From an uncultured delta proteobacterium (GTDB taxonomy: Bacteria; Desulfobacterota; Desulfobacteria; Desulfobacterales; Desulfosalsimonadaceae), in contig CAWGYD010000001.1 in the NCBI GenBank assembly GCA_963826785.1, forward strand, positions 544,001 through 608,000: 64,000 nucleotides of DNA, given 5' to 3'. This document shows, piece by piece, positions 49,323 through 60,507 of this stretch (its first letter is position 1; every line of letters starts with the position of its first letter). Below the pieces are notes generated by a model. That model was not told where the DNA came from. It was given only the letters and a program-made list of their open reading frames with translations, and did not search any database. A program made the translations under genes and the position numbers.

Positions 49323-51045
49323 CGGTCATATTCTGCAGCAGAAAGGTTTTGGCATAATAGGGGCTGGAATCCATCAGTTCCTCGTGGGTTCCCGATGCGG
49401 CGATCCTGCCCTCATCAACGACGATAATGCGGTCTGCGAACATGACCGCGGAAAGCCGGTGGGAGACGATGATCACGGTCTTGTCTGCGGAAAGCGACTT
49501 GATGGTGTCGATGATGGCGGCGGCGGTTTCGGAATCCACCTGGCCCACGGGATCATCGAGCAGGACCACCGGTGTGTCGTGCATCAGGGCACGGGCCAGG
49601 ATGATCCGCTGCTTCTGACCGCCGGAAAGGATCACCCCCCGTTCACCCACCAGCGTGTTAAATCCATTGGGAAACTGCTGGATGGTGTCATACAGGGCGG
49701 CGGCCTTGGCCGCACAGATCAGGTCGGACTCATCCGCCTCGGCCCCGAAGGTCATGTTTTCCCGGATGGTCCCGGAAAACAGGTAGGGTTCCTGGGAGGC
49801 CAGGGCAATTTGTTCCCGAAGGTCATGCAGCCGGATGTTTTGGACATCCTTGCCGTCGATGGTGATTTTTCCGGACACGGCATCATAGAGCCTGGGGATC
49901 AGGTTGAGCAGGGTGGTCTTTCCGCCCCCCTGGGGACCGACAATGCCCAGGGTCGATCCCGCCGGGATTGACAGGTCGATTTCTTCCAGCACCGGCGCGC
50001 CGGAAGCGGAATAGGCGAAGCTGACGTTTGTAAATGCGATATCGCCCCGGGCCGCTTCAAGGGGCAGGGCGCCGGGCGCATCGGCGATGGCCGGCTTGAT
50101 GGTCAGGATCTTATCGATCCGGTCTAAAGAGGCGGTGCCGCGCTGAATCAGGTTGGTGACCCAGCCCAGGGCCATCATGGGCCACATGAGCAGGTTGAGA
50201 TAGCTGATGAACGCCACGAAATCACCGGGGGTGATCCGGTTGAGGATGGTTTCCCGGCCGCCCCAGAACAAAACGATGGTCTGGCTGATATTGGTCATCA
50301 GCAGCATCAGGGGGAAAAAAGAGCCCGTGATGCGCACCAGGTCGATGTTTTTCCGGATGTAGTCCGTGGAAACCGAATCAAGCCGCCGGTATTCGCTCTT
50401 CTCCCGGTTGAAGGCCTTGACGATCTTGATCCCGGAAAAGCTTTCCCGCACCACCTCGGTCATATCCGAAAAGGTCTTCTGGACCGTGGTGTAGCGCCGG
50501 TGCATCTTGCGGCCGAAGATCCGGGTGATCAAGATGATCATGGGCATGGGAATCAGGGTGTACAGGGTAAGCTCGACGCTGATGTAGGCCATGAAGCAGA
50601 TGGCGGCGCTGCCCAGGAAGACCGCGTCGGTCAGTGCCACCATTCCCATCCCCACCGCCATGCGGATATTGTTGATGTCGTTGGTGGCATGGGCCATCAG
50701 GTCGCCGGTTTTCACCGTGCCGAAATATGTGGGGGACAGGGTCTGGATGTGGGAGAAGATCCGGTTCCGGAGTTTTTTTTCCACCACCCGGGAGGTGCCG
50801 ATCAAAAACCGCCGCCAGATGTATCGCAGGATAGCCATGCACAGGGCAATCAGGGCGATATAGCCCGCATAGGCGGCCAGGCGGACCGGGGTCACCTGCA
50901 GGGTGGTCAGATCATCCACCGCGGCCTTGATGATCCGGGGGATGAACAGCTGCAGGATATCCACCACCATCAGGCAGACGATGCCCGATGCAATCAGCAG
51001 CCGCCGTTCAGCGAAATAGGGTTTGACTAAGTACCAGGATTTCAT
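49315..51045 (-). CDS. ABC exporter TMD-NBD subunit (MdlA-like)
   Basis: TGDLMAHATNDI, GPQGGGKTT, LSGGQKQR, degenerate Walker B LLDD, SHRLS. Confidence 0.92.
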   Translation of the reverse strand: MKSWYLVKPYFAERRLLIASGIVCLMVVDILQLFIPRIIKAAVDDLTTLQVTPVRLAAYAGYIALIALCMAILRYIWRRFLIGTSRVVEKKLRNRIFSHIQTLSPTYFGTVKTGDLMAHATNDINNIRMAVGMGMVALTDAVFLGSAAICFMAYISVELTLYTLIPMPMIILITRIFGRKMHRRYTTVQKTFSDMTEVVRESFSGIKIVKAFNREKSEYRRLDSVSTDYIRKNIDLVRITGSFFPLMLLMTNISQTIVLFWGGRETILNRITPGDFVAFISYLNLLMWPMMALGWVTNLIQRGTASLDRIDKILTIKPAIADAPGALPLEAARGDIAFTNVSFAYSASGAPVLEEIDLSIPAGSTLGIVGPQGGGKTTLLNLIPRLYDAVSGKITIDGKDVQNIRLHDLREQIALASQEPYLFSGTIRENMTFGAEADESDLICAAKAAALYDTIQQFPNGFNTLVGERGVILSGGQKQRIILARALMHDTPVVLLDDPVGQVDSETAAAIIDTIKSLSADKTVIIVSHRLSAVMFADRIIVVDEGRIAASGTHEELMDSSPYYAKTFLLQNMTDV

Positions 51046-51246
51046 GAAATGGCCTCTTTACTCCACGAAGGGCTTACACTCTGGGCCGTTGGGTGTAAAG
51101 CCTTTTTTAGTGAGACAAACATAAAAGCAAACGCATGAGCGGTCAGGCAATTGTATAAAGACGATTGAAAATAAAAATAGGTATGATATAGGGTTATTGC
51201 AGTTAAATAAAACTGATTTTTCATGAAATCAAAAGGATAGATTCGA

Positions 51247-53883
51247 GTGGAGTCAATGGCCAACATATCGCGTCGGCAATCGGCAAAAGTTTGTTTTTCC
51301 GGCTTTGGCGGATGCATCATTTATATTTTCATCTGTTTACTTTACTGCTCAAACGCATTTTGCGCCTCGGCCCAGAACGGTGCGGCCGCTGCGGAAGACA
51401 AAGGGTTGTACAAGGAAATCGCCGCCTCTGTCCAGTCCGCGCTGGATGCGGAAAAGCAGGAACTCGACAAACTCGATCAGAAACTGGCAAAGGCCGTTGA
51501 GTCGTCACAAATCGGCGAGACCCGGATACAGGCGTACAATCTTCAGGCATCCACGCATAACAATTTGTTGCTGCTTCCGAAGGTCAGCGTAAATGATCTG
51601 ACCCAGGCATATAACGAACAGCTGCTGGCCCGGAGCCGGCTCAAGGACCACCAGGAGGAAATCCGGCAGACCCTCGATGAGATCGATGCCCTGAAACAAA
51701 AAACCGCCGCGCAGCTGAAAAATTATGAACAGCAGCTGGCGGAATTGAAACCCCGGGAAATCAGCAGCCCCATACTGGCGGGGGTGAAAAAGCAGCTGAC
51801 GGAATTGACTGGTATTTTGAATGAAAAAAAACGGCTGCTGGAAGAAATTTCCACGCTGTACCAGACCCAGTCCGACCAGATCCGTCAGACCCGGGAGGAA
51901 ATCGGCACCATTTCCGAAAAGACGGTCAAGAAGATCAGCGAGGCCAAAAAAAGCCGCCTGTATGATCATCAGAAGAGTCCGCTGACCGCCATTTTCGATT
52001 TGCAGGAATGGCAGCCGATGATGCAGCTGCCGGCTGATGCATCCGCTCTCTTTTCAGCCGCATACTGGGAAAAATTCGAGATCGACTGGCCGTCTTATTG
52101 TCTGTTCGCCGGCGGATTCATCCTTCTGCTGCTGATGTCGGAAATCCTGATGATAACGGCCGGCCGGCTGATGCGGCGGCCCCTGCGCTGGAGCCGGGAA
52201 ACCGGAAATTTCGGGCAGTTTTTTACCCTGAAACTGATCCAGCGCTCATTGCCATTTGCCGGCGCGTTGTTATTTTTAAGCTTCTATCCGGTCCGACCGG
52301 AGTACCGGATGACCCCGTTTTTCGCAGCGCTGCCTATTGCCGTTCGGCTCCTGGCCATTATGACGGTAGTGGAATGGGGGCTGGTGCTTTTCCGGACCAT
52401 CCGGCGGATGGACGTAGATCCCTTTTTAATCAGGGTTGCAAGGTGCGCCCCGTTTTTTTTCTGGCCGGTGCTGATATACGGCATCGGACACGTTTTGATT
52501 TCACATCTGGTGTGCACGGACTGCGCCGTGATGGTTTCCTGGCGGCTGGTGTTTGAAATCGGCCTGGTGGTGTGGAGCGCGTTGTTCTTGCGGATGTTCC
52601 GCCGCCGTTCCGTCGCCAGCCCGCTGATGAACACCGCCTGGTTTCCATCGATCCGTCTGCCCCTGATCATTTGCGGGTACCTGATTCCCGGTGCGGCCCT
52701 GCTTTTCGAATTGTCCGGGTTCGGCGGGTTTGCGGACTACTGGCTGGTGTCGTTCGGCAAATCCGCGGCAGTGCTGCTATGGGGGGTGCTGCTGTTTTTC
52801 GTGCTGAGGGAAATCAAGGCCGCACTGGCTGTTCCGGAAACCGATCCGGAAGAGGCGGAAGACGATGATGCGGCGGACAGGCCGTACCCGATCCGCCTGA
52901 CCGTTGTCCATCTTGCCCAGATGCTGCTGGGGGCCTCTTTCCTGGTGGGCCTCCCCCTGATGTGGGGAGCGGAGAAAACATACCTGGCCGACCTGTTTTA
53001 CGCGTTGAATTACAAGGTGGCCGTCGGGGGCATCGAATTCAACGTCATGGGGTTTGTATACGCGATGATCGTGCTGCTGTTCATCCGCCCCCTGGCCCTG
53101 ATCGGAAAATACGTCCTGGCAAACCGCATCCTGGCCGATTCCAAAATCGAATGGGGGGTCAAAGATTCCTTCGGCCGGATCATCGGCTATTTTATATGGA
53201 TGATCGGCATCCTGCTGGCCCTCCGGCTGGTGGGGATCGGCGCCACCTCCATGGCGGTGGTGTTCGGGGCCGTGGGGATCGGGCTCGGTTTCGGGCTGCA
53301 AACGATTTTCAACAACTTTGTTTCCGGCATCATCATCCTTTTCGAGCGGCCCATCAAGGTCGGGGATGTCATTGAAATGGACGGCATCTGGGGGACGGTC
53401 AAGGACATCCGGGTCCGGTCGACGGTGGTCCGGACCTACAACAATTCGGACCTGATCGTTCCCAACTCGGAATTTGTCAGCCAGAAACTGACCAACTGGA
53501 GCTTCCGGGATGCCAAGGTCCGGCGCTCCATCACCGTAGGGGTGGCCTATGGATCGGACACAGGTCTGGTCAGAGAAACGCTGTATGCGATTGCCTTCAA
53601 GCAGACGCGGGTTTTCCGGAGGCCCAAACCGGAGGTTCTGTTCATCGATTTTGGCGACAGCGCCCTTATGTTCAAGCTTCGGTTCTGGACGGATATCGAT
53701 CACATGCTTACGGTAGAAACCGACATCCGCTTCGAAATTGAGAGGCAGTTTGCGGAATTAAACATCAAAATTCCCTTTCCCCAGCGCGATATTCACGTGA
53801 TCGGCGGCGGAAAAAACGCCGGGAATGTGGAGGACGAAATTTACGAACCCGATGAACGCCAAGCCGTTTCCGAGACCCCGTGA
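51247..53883 (+). CDS. Large MscS/MscK-type mechanosensitive channel; start uncertain
   Basis: Periplasmic coiled coil, TM region, GLGFGLQTIFNNFVSGIIILFERPIKVGD, VPNS, IPFPQRD. Confidence 0.9.
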   Translation: MESMANISRRQSAKVCFSGFGGCIIYIFICLLYCSNAFCASAQNGAAAAEDKGLYKEIAASVQSALDAEKQELDKLDQKLAKAVESSQIGETRIQAYNLQASTHNNLLLLPKVSVNDLTQAYNEQLLARSRLKDHQEEIRQTLDEIDALKQKTAAQLKNYEQQLAELKPREISSPILAGVKKQLTELTGILNEKKRLLEEISTLYQTQSDQIRQTREEIGTISEKTVKKISEAKKSRLYDHQKSPLTAIFDLQEWQPMMQLPADASALFSAAYWEKFEIDWPSYCLFAGGFILLLLMSEILMITAGRLMRRPLRWSRETGNFGQFFTLKLIQRSLPFAGALLFLSFYPVRPEYRMTPFFAALPIAVRLLAIMTVVEWGLVLFRTIRRMDVDPFLIRVARCAPFFFWPVLIYGIGHVLISHLVCTDCAVMVSWRLVFEIGLVVWSALFLRMFRRRSVASPLMNTAWFPSIRLPLIICGYLIPGAALLFELSGFGGFADYWLVSFGKSAAVLLWGVLLFFVLREIKAALAVPETDPEEAEDDDAADRPYPIRLTVVHLAQMLLGASFLVGLPLMWGAEKTYLADLFYALNYKVAVGGIEFNVMGFVYAMIVLLFIRPLALIGKYVLANRILADSKIEWGVKDSFGRIIGYFIWMIGILLALRLVGIGATSMAVVFGAVGIGLGFGLQTIFNNFVSGIIILFERPIKVGDVIEMDGIWGTVKDIRVRSTVVRTYNNSDLIVPNSEFVSQKLTNWSFRDAKVRRSITVGVAYGSDTGLVRETLYAIAFKQTRVFRRPKPEVLFIDFGDSALMFKLRFWTDIDHMLTVETDIRFEIERQFAELNIKIPFPQRDIHVIGGGKNAGNVEDEIYEPDERQAVSETP

Positions 53884-54066
53884 TCTTTTGACGCAATCAT
53901 CATGAGCGGAAAAAAAACCCCTTTACCGCCATTTCCGGATTTTGCCGGGAAGAACTACGGGAAGAAAAGTTTTGTGCTTGATTCCGGTGGATACGAACCG
54001 ATATAACCATTTACACGCTAAGCATTCGAACTCAATTTATTTATTTTCAGGAGCGTCCCAAAATTT

Positions 54067-55308
54067 ATGGGTGATTTTCTTTTGTTGTCGATACTGATCC
54101 TGTTGTCGGGTTTCTTTTCGTCTTCCGAAACCGCACTTTTTTCCATTAGTTCACTCAAAGCGCGTCACCTCGCCAAGGAGGCGAGCAATGCCAATATCCT
54201 GATCCTGCGGATGAAGGAGAATCCGCACATGCTGCTGACCACCATCCTCATCGGCAATAATGTGGTCAATATCGGCGCTTCCTCGCTGGCCACGGCCATG
54301 ACGCTGCGGATGATGTCGAACAATCCCGAACTCGCCGGAGCGGGAAATTATGCGGTGGCCGTGGCAACGGGGATCATGACCTTTTTGATCCTGGTGTTCG
54401 GTGAAATTTTTCCCAAGACCCTGGCCACCGCCAATAACGTCATGATCGCCAGAATGGTGATCTATCCGATTTTCTGGCTGTCCAAGCTCTTTTATCCCGT
54501 CATCCTGTTTCTGAACTTCATCCCCAAGCTGGCCGGATTCATCAAGGCCGCGCCCCACGCCACCCAGGAAGAACTGATGACGTTCGTGGATGTGGTTCAC
54601 GAGGAGGGCCAGATCAAGCCGGGAGAAAAGGAGCTGATCAACAACATCGTCCTGCTGGACGACATCAGTGTGGCCCAGATCATGTCCCCCAGCGCGGACA
54701 TGTTCGTCATCGACCGGTCCAAGGAGATCCAGCTGGATAGAATCATCAATTCCGGTTTTACCCGGATCCCCGTCATCGAGGGGGACATCGATCATGTGGT
54801 GGGAGTGATCAACATCAAGGACCTGTTCCGCCAGCAGGTGTCGCCCACTGAAAAATTCAACCTGGATGAAATCATGCGGGAACCGTATTTCGTCCCGGAG
54901 AACAAGAAGCTCGATCAGCTGCTCAACCAGTTCAGGAAACGCAAGGACCATGCCGCCATCGTGGTGGACGAATACGGTGAAGTGTCGGGCATCGTGACCT
55001 TAGAAGACGTGCTGGAAGCCATCGTTGGCGAGATCGTGGACGAAACCGACATCATCAAGCCGCCGGTGGTCAAAATCCGCAACCGGGAATGGCTGGTGCT
55101 CGGGGCGGCGGATGTCGAAACCATCAATGCCAAGCTGCACATGGAAATCCCCGAATCCTCCCATTACGAAACTTTTTCCGGATACATCCTGGAGCAGATC
55201 GGCAGGATCCCCAAGGAAAAAGAGGAGATCGTCATCGACAAGTATCTGATCACCGTCAATGAAATGGAAGGCAACCGGATCAAGTCGTTTATCATCAAAT
55301 ACAAGTAG
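54067..55308 (+). CDS. CNNM/CorB-type (DUF21-CBS-CorC) protein
   Basis: SGFFSSSETALFS, TILIGNNVVN, FGEIFPK, FTRIPV, VVDEYG...TLEDVLE. Confidence 0.93.
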   Translation: MGDFLLLSILILLSGFFSSSETALFSISSLKARHLAKEASNANILILRMKENPHMLLTTILIGNNVVNIGASSLATAMTLRMMSNNPELAGAGNYAVAVATGIMTFLILVFGEIFPKTLATANNVMIARMVIYPIFWLSKLFYPVILFLNFIPKLAGFIKAAPHATQEELMTFVDVVHEEGQIKPGEKELINNIVLLDDISVAQIMSPSADMFVIDRSKEIQLDRIINSGFTRIPVIEGDIDHVVGVINIKDLFRQQVSPTEKFNLDEIMREPYFVPENKKLDQLLNQFRKRKDHAAIVVDEYGEVSGIVTLEDVLEAIVGEIVDETDIIKPPVVKIRNREWLVLGAADVETINAKLHMEIPESSHYETFSGYILEQIGRIPKEKEEIVIDKYLITVNEMEGNRIKSFIIKYK

Positions 55309-55498
55309 AGCCTCGATACAAAGCGCATTTTTTTGGCCCGCACGGCGTTCCTCCGCCAACCCTCTTCGCATCCGGCAAAAATCATTTCGGTTTCATGATT
55401 CTTTGATTTCTGATATTATATTTTATTTTAGCTCCTTGACCGAACAGGTCGGGCCGGATTCACCAACAGGTCCTGACGGACCTTAGAACAGGCGGGTT

Positions 55499-57487
55499 AT
55501 GGAACCAGGCACCATCGTCGAATACATCGATCAGCAGAAAATCCAGTGCGGCATCGTTTTGGACAGGGATGATGACCGGGTCCGGCTGCTTACTGCGCAA
55601 CATGAGGAAATTTATCAGAAGATCAGGCGATTGTATCATGTTTCGACCCTTTCGCTGAAATTGAACCAGGGCCGGTCCAGGCTGGTGGAAAAAATCAAGG
55701 AGATTTCCGCCCTGCGCCAGTCGCTTGCCGAGACCATCGATATCCTGGAATTATGGGAAGTCTTGAATCCCCTGGGCGAATGGGTGGATGTCCATACCAT
55801 GACCGGCCTGTGTTTTCCCAACCACGCCTCGCCGGATCATGAAGCCGCGGTGATCCGGGCCGTATTCGAAAACCGCATCTATTTCAAATTCAATTTTGAC
55901 GCTTTTCTTCCCCATTCCGAACACCAGGTGAAGATCAATATCGCCAGGGAGCAGGAGCGGCAGCGTCAGCAGAAGCTGGTGGAAACCGGCGGAGACTGGC
56001 TGTCTCGCATTTTAAATGATCCGAAGGTGCCCGACATCGAGGATCGGGAGGAAATCGTCCGGATTTTAAAGTCCTACTACCTGCACGGGAAAGACAGCCC
56101 GGACAGTTCCATCGGACGGGCCATCGTGTCCAGGGCGGGTCTGGAGAGCCCGGACAAGGTGTTTTCCGCCATGGTGAAGGCGGGGGAATGGCACGTCCAT
56201 CAGAACCTGGAACTGGAGCGCTTCTTCATCCCCATCGAATTTTCCGCGAATGCAGTGGAAAAAGCCGATCGTCTGGCCGAATCCCCTGCGGTCCACGGGT
56301 ATGACGAACGGCGGCGGAACCTGACCGCACTGCCCATGATCACCATCGACAGCCAGGGAACGCTCGATTACGACGATGCCCTCAGCATCGAAAATGAGGG
56401 CGGTGTATATCGGGTGGGGGTCCACATTGCCGATGTGGGCGAGTTTGTGTCCAGAAATGACCCCATCGACCAGGAGGGAATGCGCCGGGGCACCTCCATT
56501 TACATGCCGGACATGCGGATTTCCATGCTGCCGCCCCAATTGGCGGAACATGCCAGCAGTCTGCGCCAGGGTGAAATCCGCCCGGCGATCAGCGTTTTTT
56601 TCAAGATCAGCCGCAGCGCGGATGTGTTCGATTTCGAAGTCGTGCCCTCGGTCATCCGGGTCAGCCGCCAGATGAGCTATCATGAAGTCGACAACATGGT
56701 GGAATCGGATGAGTCCCTGTCGCTGTTTTACGAGATCGCCAAAAACTTCCGCCAGAAGCGGATCGACGACGGGGCGGTGATGATTACGCTCCCGGAAGTC
56801 AGCATCCGGGTATTCGAGAGCGGAGATATCAGCGTGCGGCGGATGGATCGGGAAAGCCCGGGACGATTTCTGGTTTCGGAAATGATGATCATGGCCAACT
56901 GGCTGATGGCCCGATTCCTTTCCAGCCACAACATGCCGGCCGTGTTCCGGGCCCAGCCCGATCCCAAGGCCCGGCTGCACAACCAGAAAGGCGAGGGGAC
57001 CCTGTTTGCCAACTGGATGCAGCGCCGCCTGCTCAACCGGGTGATCCTGGCCCCTTTTCCCCAGTCCCATTCCGGCCTGGGCCTGGACCGGTATCTCACC
57101 GCCACTTCGCCCATCCGGAAATATTACGACCTGGTGACCCAGCGGCAGATCCGGGCCTGTTTCGACATGGAAACCCCCTATACGGCCGATGAGATCCGGA
57201 ATATCCTGCAGGTGCTGGCCCAGCCGCTCTCCCATGCGGCCTACGTGCAGATGCAGCGCCACCGGTACTGGATGCTCCGGTTCCTGGAAACGAAGATCGG
57301 CAGCAAGGAAGAGGCCATCGTGCTGGAACGGCGCCGGGACAAGTACCTGATCCTGATGACCTCCTACCTCCTGGAATGCAAACTGCCCATTTCCGGATCC
57401 TTCAGCTTGAAACCCCAGGACCTGGTCCAGATTACCATCCAGCACGTAGACGCCCGCCGGGACCTGCTCACCATCATCCTGGGGTAG
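55499..57487 (+). CDS. RNase II/R family (RNB) exoribonuclease
   Basis: ITIDSQGTLDYDDALS, VHIADV, SEMMIMAN, HSGLGL..Y...TSPIRKY.D. Confidence 0.92.
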   Translation: MEPGTIVEYIDQQKIQCGIVLDRDDDRVRLLTAQHEEIYQKIRRLYHVSTLSLKLNQGRSRLVEKIKEISALRQSLAETIDILELWEVLNPLGEWVDVHTMTGLCFPNHASPDHEAAVIRAVFENRIYFKFNFDAFLPHSEHQVKINIAREQERQRQQKLVETGGDWLSRILNDPKVPDIEDREEIVRILKSYYLHGKDSPDSSIGRAIVSRAGLESPDKVFSAMVKAGEWHVHQNLELERFFIPIEFSANAVEKADRLAESPAVHGYDERRRNLTALPMITIDSQGTLDYDDALSIENEGGVYRVGVHIADVGEFVSRNDPIDQEGMRRGTSIYMPDMRISMLPPQLAEHASSLRQGEIRPAISVFFKISRSADVFDFEVVPSVIRVSRQMSYHEVDNMVESDESLSLFYEIAKNFRQKRIDDGAVMITLPEVSIRVFESGDISVRRMDRESPGRFLVSEMMIMANWLMARFLSSHNMPAVFRAQPDPKARLHNQKGEGTLFANWMQRRLLNRVILAPFPQSHSGLGLDRYLTATSPIRKYYDLVTQRQIRACFDMETPYTADEIRNILQVLAQPLSHAAYVQMQRHRYWMLRFLETKIGSKEEAIVLERRRDKYLILMTSYLLECKLPISGSFSLKPQDLVQITIQHVDARRDLLTIILG

Positions 57488-57589
57488 CCGCGTTTGCATC
57501 CCCTCTGAATATTCCCTATTTTTAATCAACGTCAGTTTTCGTGCACGTAAACGTAAACGCCAATAATAACCGACAATGCGGGCGCTTTC

Positions 57590-59020
57590 ATGCGTCTGCC
57601 GGAAAAAGCCATGCACAAGACCAAAATCGTCTGCACCATCGGCCCGGCCTGTGCCAGCGAATCTGTGCTGATGGAGATGATCGAAAGCGGGATGAATGTC
57701 GCCCGCCTCAATTTTTCCCATGGGGACCACCCGATGCATGCGGAAATGATCCGAATGATCCGGAGTGCCTCGGAGAAGACCGGCACGCCGGTGGCCATTC
57801 TCCAGGACCTGCAGGGGCCCAAAATCCGGGTGGGGGAGATTGCCGGGTCCGGGCTGCACCTGGCTGCGGGCGATACGCTGATCCTGTCCACCCTTTCTTT
57901 TACCGGGGCGGACAACCGCGTGTCCGTGTCCTACCCGCAGCTGCCCGGGGACGTGTCTGCCGGCGACCGCATTCTGCTGGCCGACGGGTTGATGGAAATT
58001 GAGGTGTTGAGCACCACGAGAGACGAAATCCGCTGCAAGGTCATCACCGGCGGGCAGCTGACGTCCCACAAGGGGATCAACCTCCCCTCGGGCACCATCC
58101 GGACGCCGTCGTTTACGGAAAAAGACCGGACGGACCTGATGTTCGGGCTGGATCAGGGGGTGGATTATGTGGCCATGTCGTTTGTCCGGGAAGCGGATGC
58201 CGTGCGCCAGGTAAAGGATGTCATTGCCGAAGCGGGCAAAAAAACCCCGGTAATCGCCAAGATTGAAAAGCATGAGGCACTGAAGCATATCGATGCCATC
58301 ATCGAGGCATCCGACGGAATCATGGTGGCGAGGGGGGACCTGGGCGTTGAAATCGAACTGGAGCGGGTTCCCGGCATCCAGAAAATGCTGGTGAAGAAAA
58401 CCAACCAGGCCGGAAAACCGGTGATCATCGCCACCCAGATGCTCCGGTCCATGGTGGATGCCCCCAGGCCCACGAGGGCCGAGGCCACGGACGTGGCCAA
58501 CGCGGTTTTAGACGGCACCGATGCCCTGATGCTGTCGGAAGAGACCGCCACCGGCAATTATCCGGTCAAGGCCGTGGAATACATGGCGCGGATCGCCGAG
58601 ATCACCGAAGAAAAATACCCCTATGAAAAATCGTTCCAGCAGATTCTGCAGACCCGGATATCCGAATCCGTGGCCCATGCCACCTGCATCCTGGCCGATC
58701 ATTTGAATGCCGTGGCCATCGTCGCCACCACCAAGAGCGGGTTTACCGCCCACCAGGTGGCCCGTTTCCGGCCCAGGGGCTGGATTATCGCGCTCTCCCC
58801 GGACATCAAGACCGTGAGGCGGCTCACCTTGTATTGGGGCTGCATCCCGGGGCATGCCACCTACACCGAAGACACCGACGAGATGTTCGATACGGCCTCA
58901 CGGTTTGCCATCGAATCCGGATACGCGAAAAACGGCGACCTGGTGGTGATCACCGCCGGCCACCCCCTGTGGCAATCCGGCACCACCAACATGATCAGCG
59001 TCCGCCGGCTGGGAAGCTGA
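57590..59020 (+). CDS. pyk: Pyruvate kinase (start 57590 or 57611)
   Basis: KTKIVCTIGPA, ARLNFSHG, DLQGPKIR, IAKIE, MVARGDLG, ATQML, MLSEETA. Confidence 0.96.
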   Translation: MRLPEKAMHKTKIVCTIGPACASESVLMEMIESGMNVARLNFSHGDHPMHAEMIRMIRSASEKTGTPVAILQDLQGPKIRVGEIAGSGLHLAAGDTLILSTLSFTGADNRVSVSYPQLPGDVSAGDRILLADGLMEIEVLSTTRDEIRCKVITGGQLTSHKGINLPSGTIRTPSFTEKDRTDLMFGLDQGVDYVAMSFVREADAVRQVKDVIAEAGKKTPVIAKIEKHEALKHIDAIIEASDGIMVARGDLGVEIELERVPGIQKMLVKKTNQAGKPVIIATQMLRSMVDAPRPTRAEATDVANAVLDGTDALMLSEETATGNYPVKAVEYMARIAEITEEKYPYEKSFQQILQTRISESVAHATCILADHLNAVAIVATTKSGFTAHQVARFRPRGWIIALSPDIKTVRRLTLYWGCIPGHATYTEDTDEMFDTASRFAIESGYAKNGDLVVITAGHPLWQSGTTNMISVRRLGS

Positions 59021-59090
59021 GAAAGAGGGCCGTAATTTATGAGCCTTCTTGGAATTGCACCGGGAAAATGGGAAAATGAGTAATGGCTAA

Positions 59091-59197
59091 GTTAAAAGGC
59101 CCATATACAAGGCGCGGGGATTTTTCATTTGCGAAGGCATACGATGGTATGTTGAGCCAATGAAAAATCCCGCAACGCCGTAGATGGGTATTTTAAC
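59091..59197. repeat. Palindromic REP/MITE-like element between convergent pyk and purH
   Basis: gttaaaaggcccatatac / gtagatgggtattttaac; gcgggatttttcatt / aatgaaaaatcccgc; core gcatac-gatg-gtatgt. The core resembles that of the 37.2-kb element, inverted. Confidence 0.75.
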
Positions 59198-59204
59198 GAC
59201 GCCA

Positions 59205-60461
59205 TCAGTGTTTGAAGGATCGCTGGCCCGTGAGCACCATGGTCGCGCCGGCTTCGTTGCAGGCCTCGATGGACTGGTAATCGTTCAAGGAGCCCCCGGG
59301 GTGGACCACGGCGGAAATGCCTTCGGCCAGTCCCACATCCACGCCGTCCCGGAAGGGGAAAAATGCGTCGCTGACCATGGTGGCGCCGATCAGCCCCCCT
59401 TTTTCCCGCGGCCACCCGGGCGTCGATTTCCGCTTTTAGGTCCTTTTCCTTCAGGTCCGCATAGGAGACCCGGTGGGCCTCGAAGCAGTAGCGGTCGGCC
59501 AGTTTCCGGTAGGCCTTGTCCCGGGCGATTTCCGCCACGCCCACCCGGTCCTGCTCGCCCGTCCCGATTCCCACGGTGACACCGTCTTTCACATAGAGGA
59601 CCGAATTTGAGGTGACCCCGGATTCCAGGAGCCAGCCGAAAACGATGTCCTTGTATTCGGCTTCCGTGGGCGGCCGGTTGATGACGTAGTTTTTGCCGTT
59701 GTATTCACACGCGGCCAGGGTGAAATCCGAGATCTTCCTGGGCGAGCGGGCACGAATGACCACTGGGCGACGATGCCGCCGTCGATCAGGTTTTTAAATT
59801 CCACCACCTGTTTACCCACGAAGGACTGGAGCTTTTCGATGTTGCCGATCTTGATGACCCGGAGGTTTTTGCGCTTTGCCAAAATATCGATGACCCCTTC
59901 TTCGAATTCCGGGCGCCACGATGACTTCGGCGTACTGGGCGGCCACCGCTTCGGCGGTGGCCCTGTCCAGCGAGCGGTTGACGGCGATGCATCCGCCGAA
60001 AGCGGCGATCCGGTCGGCCATGTAGGCCTTGTGGTATGCGTCTGCCAGCGTTTCCGCAAACGGCCGCCCCGCAGGGATTGTTATGCTTGACGATCACCAC
60101 TGCCGGCTGATCGGAAAAATAGCGCAGGATGTTCAAGGCATTGTCCGCGTCGGTGAGGTTGGTTTTGCCGGGATGTTTGCCCGACTGCAGCAGTTCGATA
60201 TCCGACACCAGGTAATTCCCCGGCAGGATCATGGACGTTTCCCCCAAGCACCAGATTCCCGTTGACCAGACGGTAGAGGGCGGCTTCCTGCCCCGGGTTC
60301 TCGCCGTACCGAAGCCCCTTCTTCACATTGTCGATGATCCAGTCGACCTTGTCGTAGAGCAGGGTCTGGCGCTTTTCTCCGTCGATGAAGCTGATCTCCA
60401 TTTTCGGCGGGAAGTGATCGTCCATGATGGTTTTATACATCTCTTTCAGGTCAGCAGCCAT
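59205..60461 (-). CDS. purH: AICAR transformylase domain of PurH as a separate gene; several frameshifts
   Basis: Successive frames: [42 protein letters not shown]...[32 protein letters not shown]. Confidence 0.85.
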
Positions 60462-60507
60462 GATTCATTTCCTTATAAATATTGATGAAATCGTAAAGTG
60501 CTATCTA

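Noticed and set aside
56066..58288. Long antisense ORFs (740 aa here; also 25257..26972, 32015..33253, 46209..47189)
   Set aside because: They lie opposite well-supported genes; a typical high-GC artefact with no motifs.
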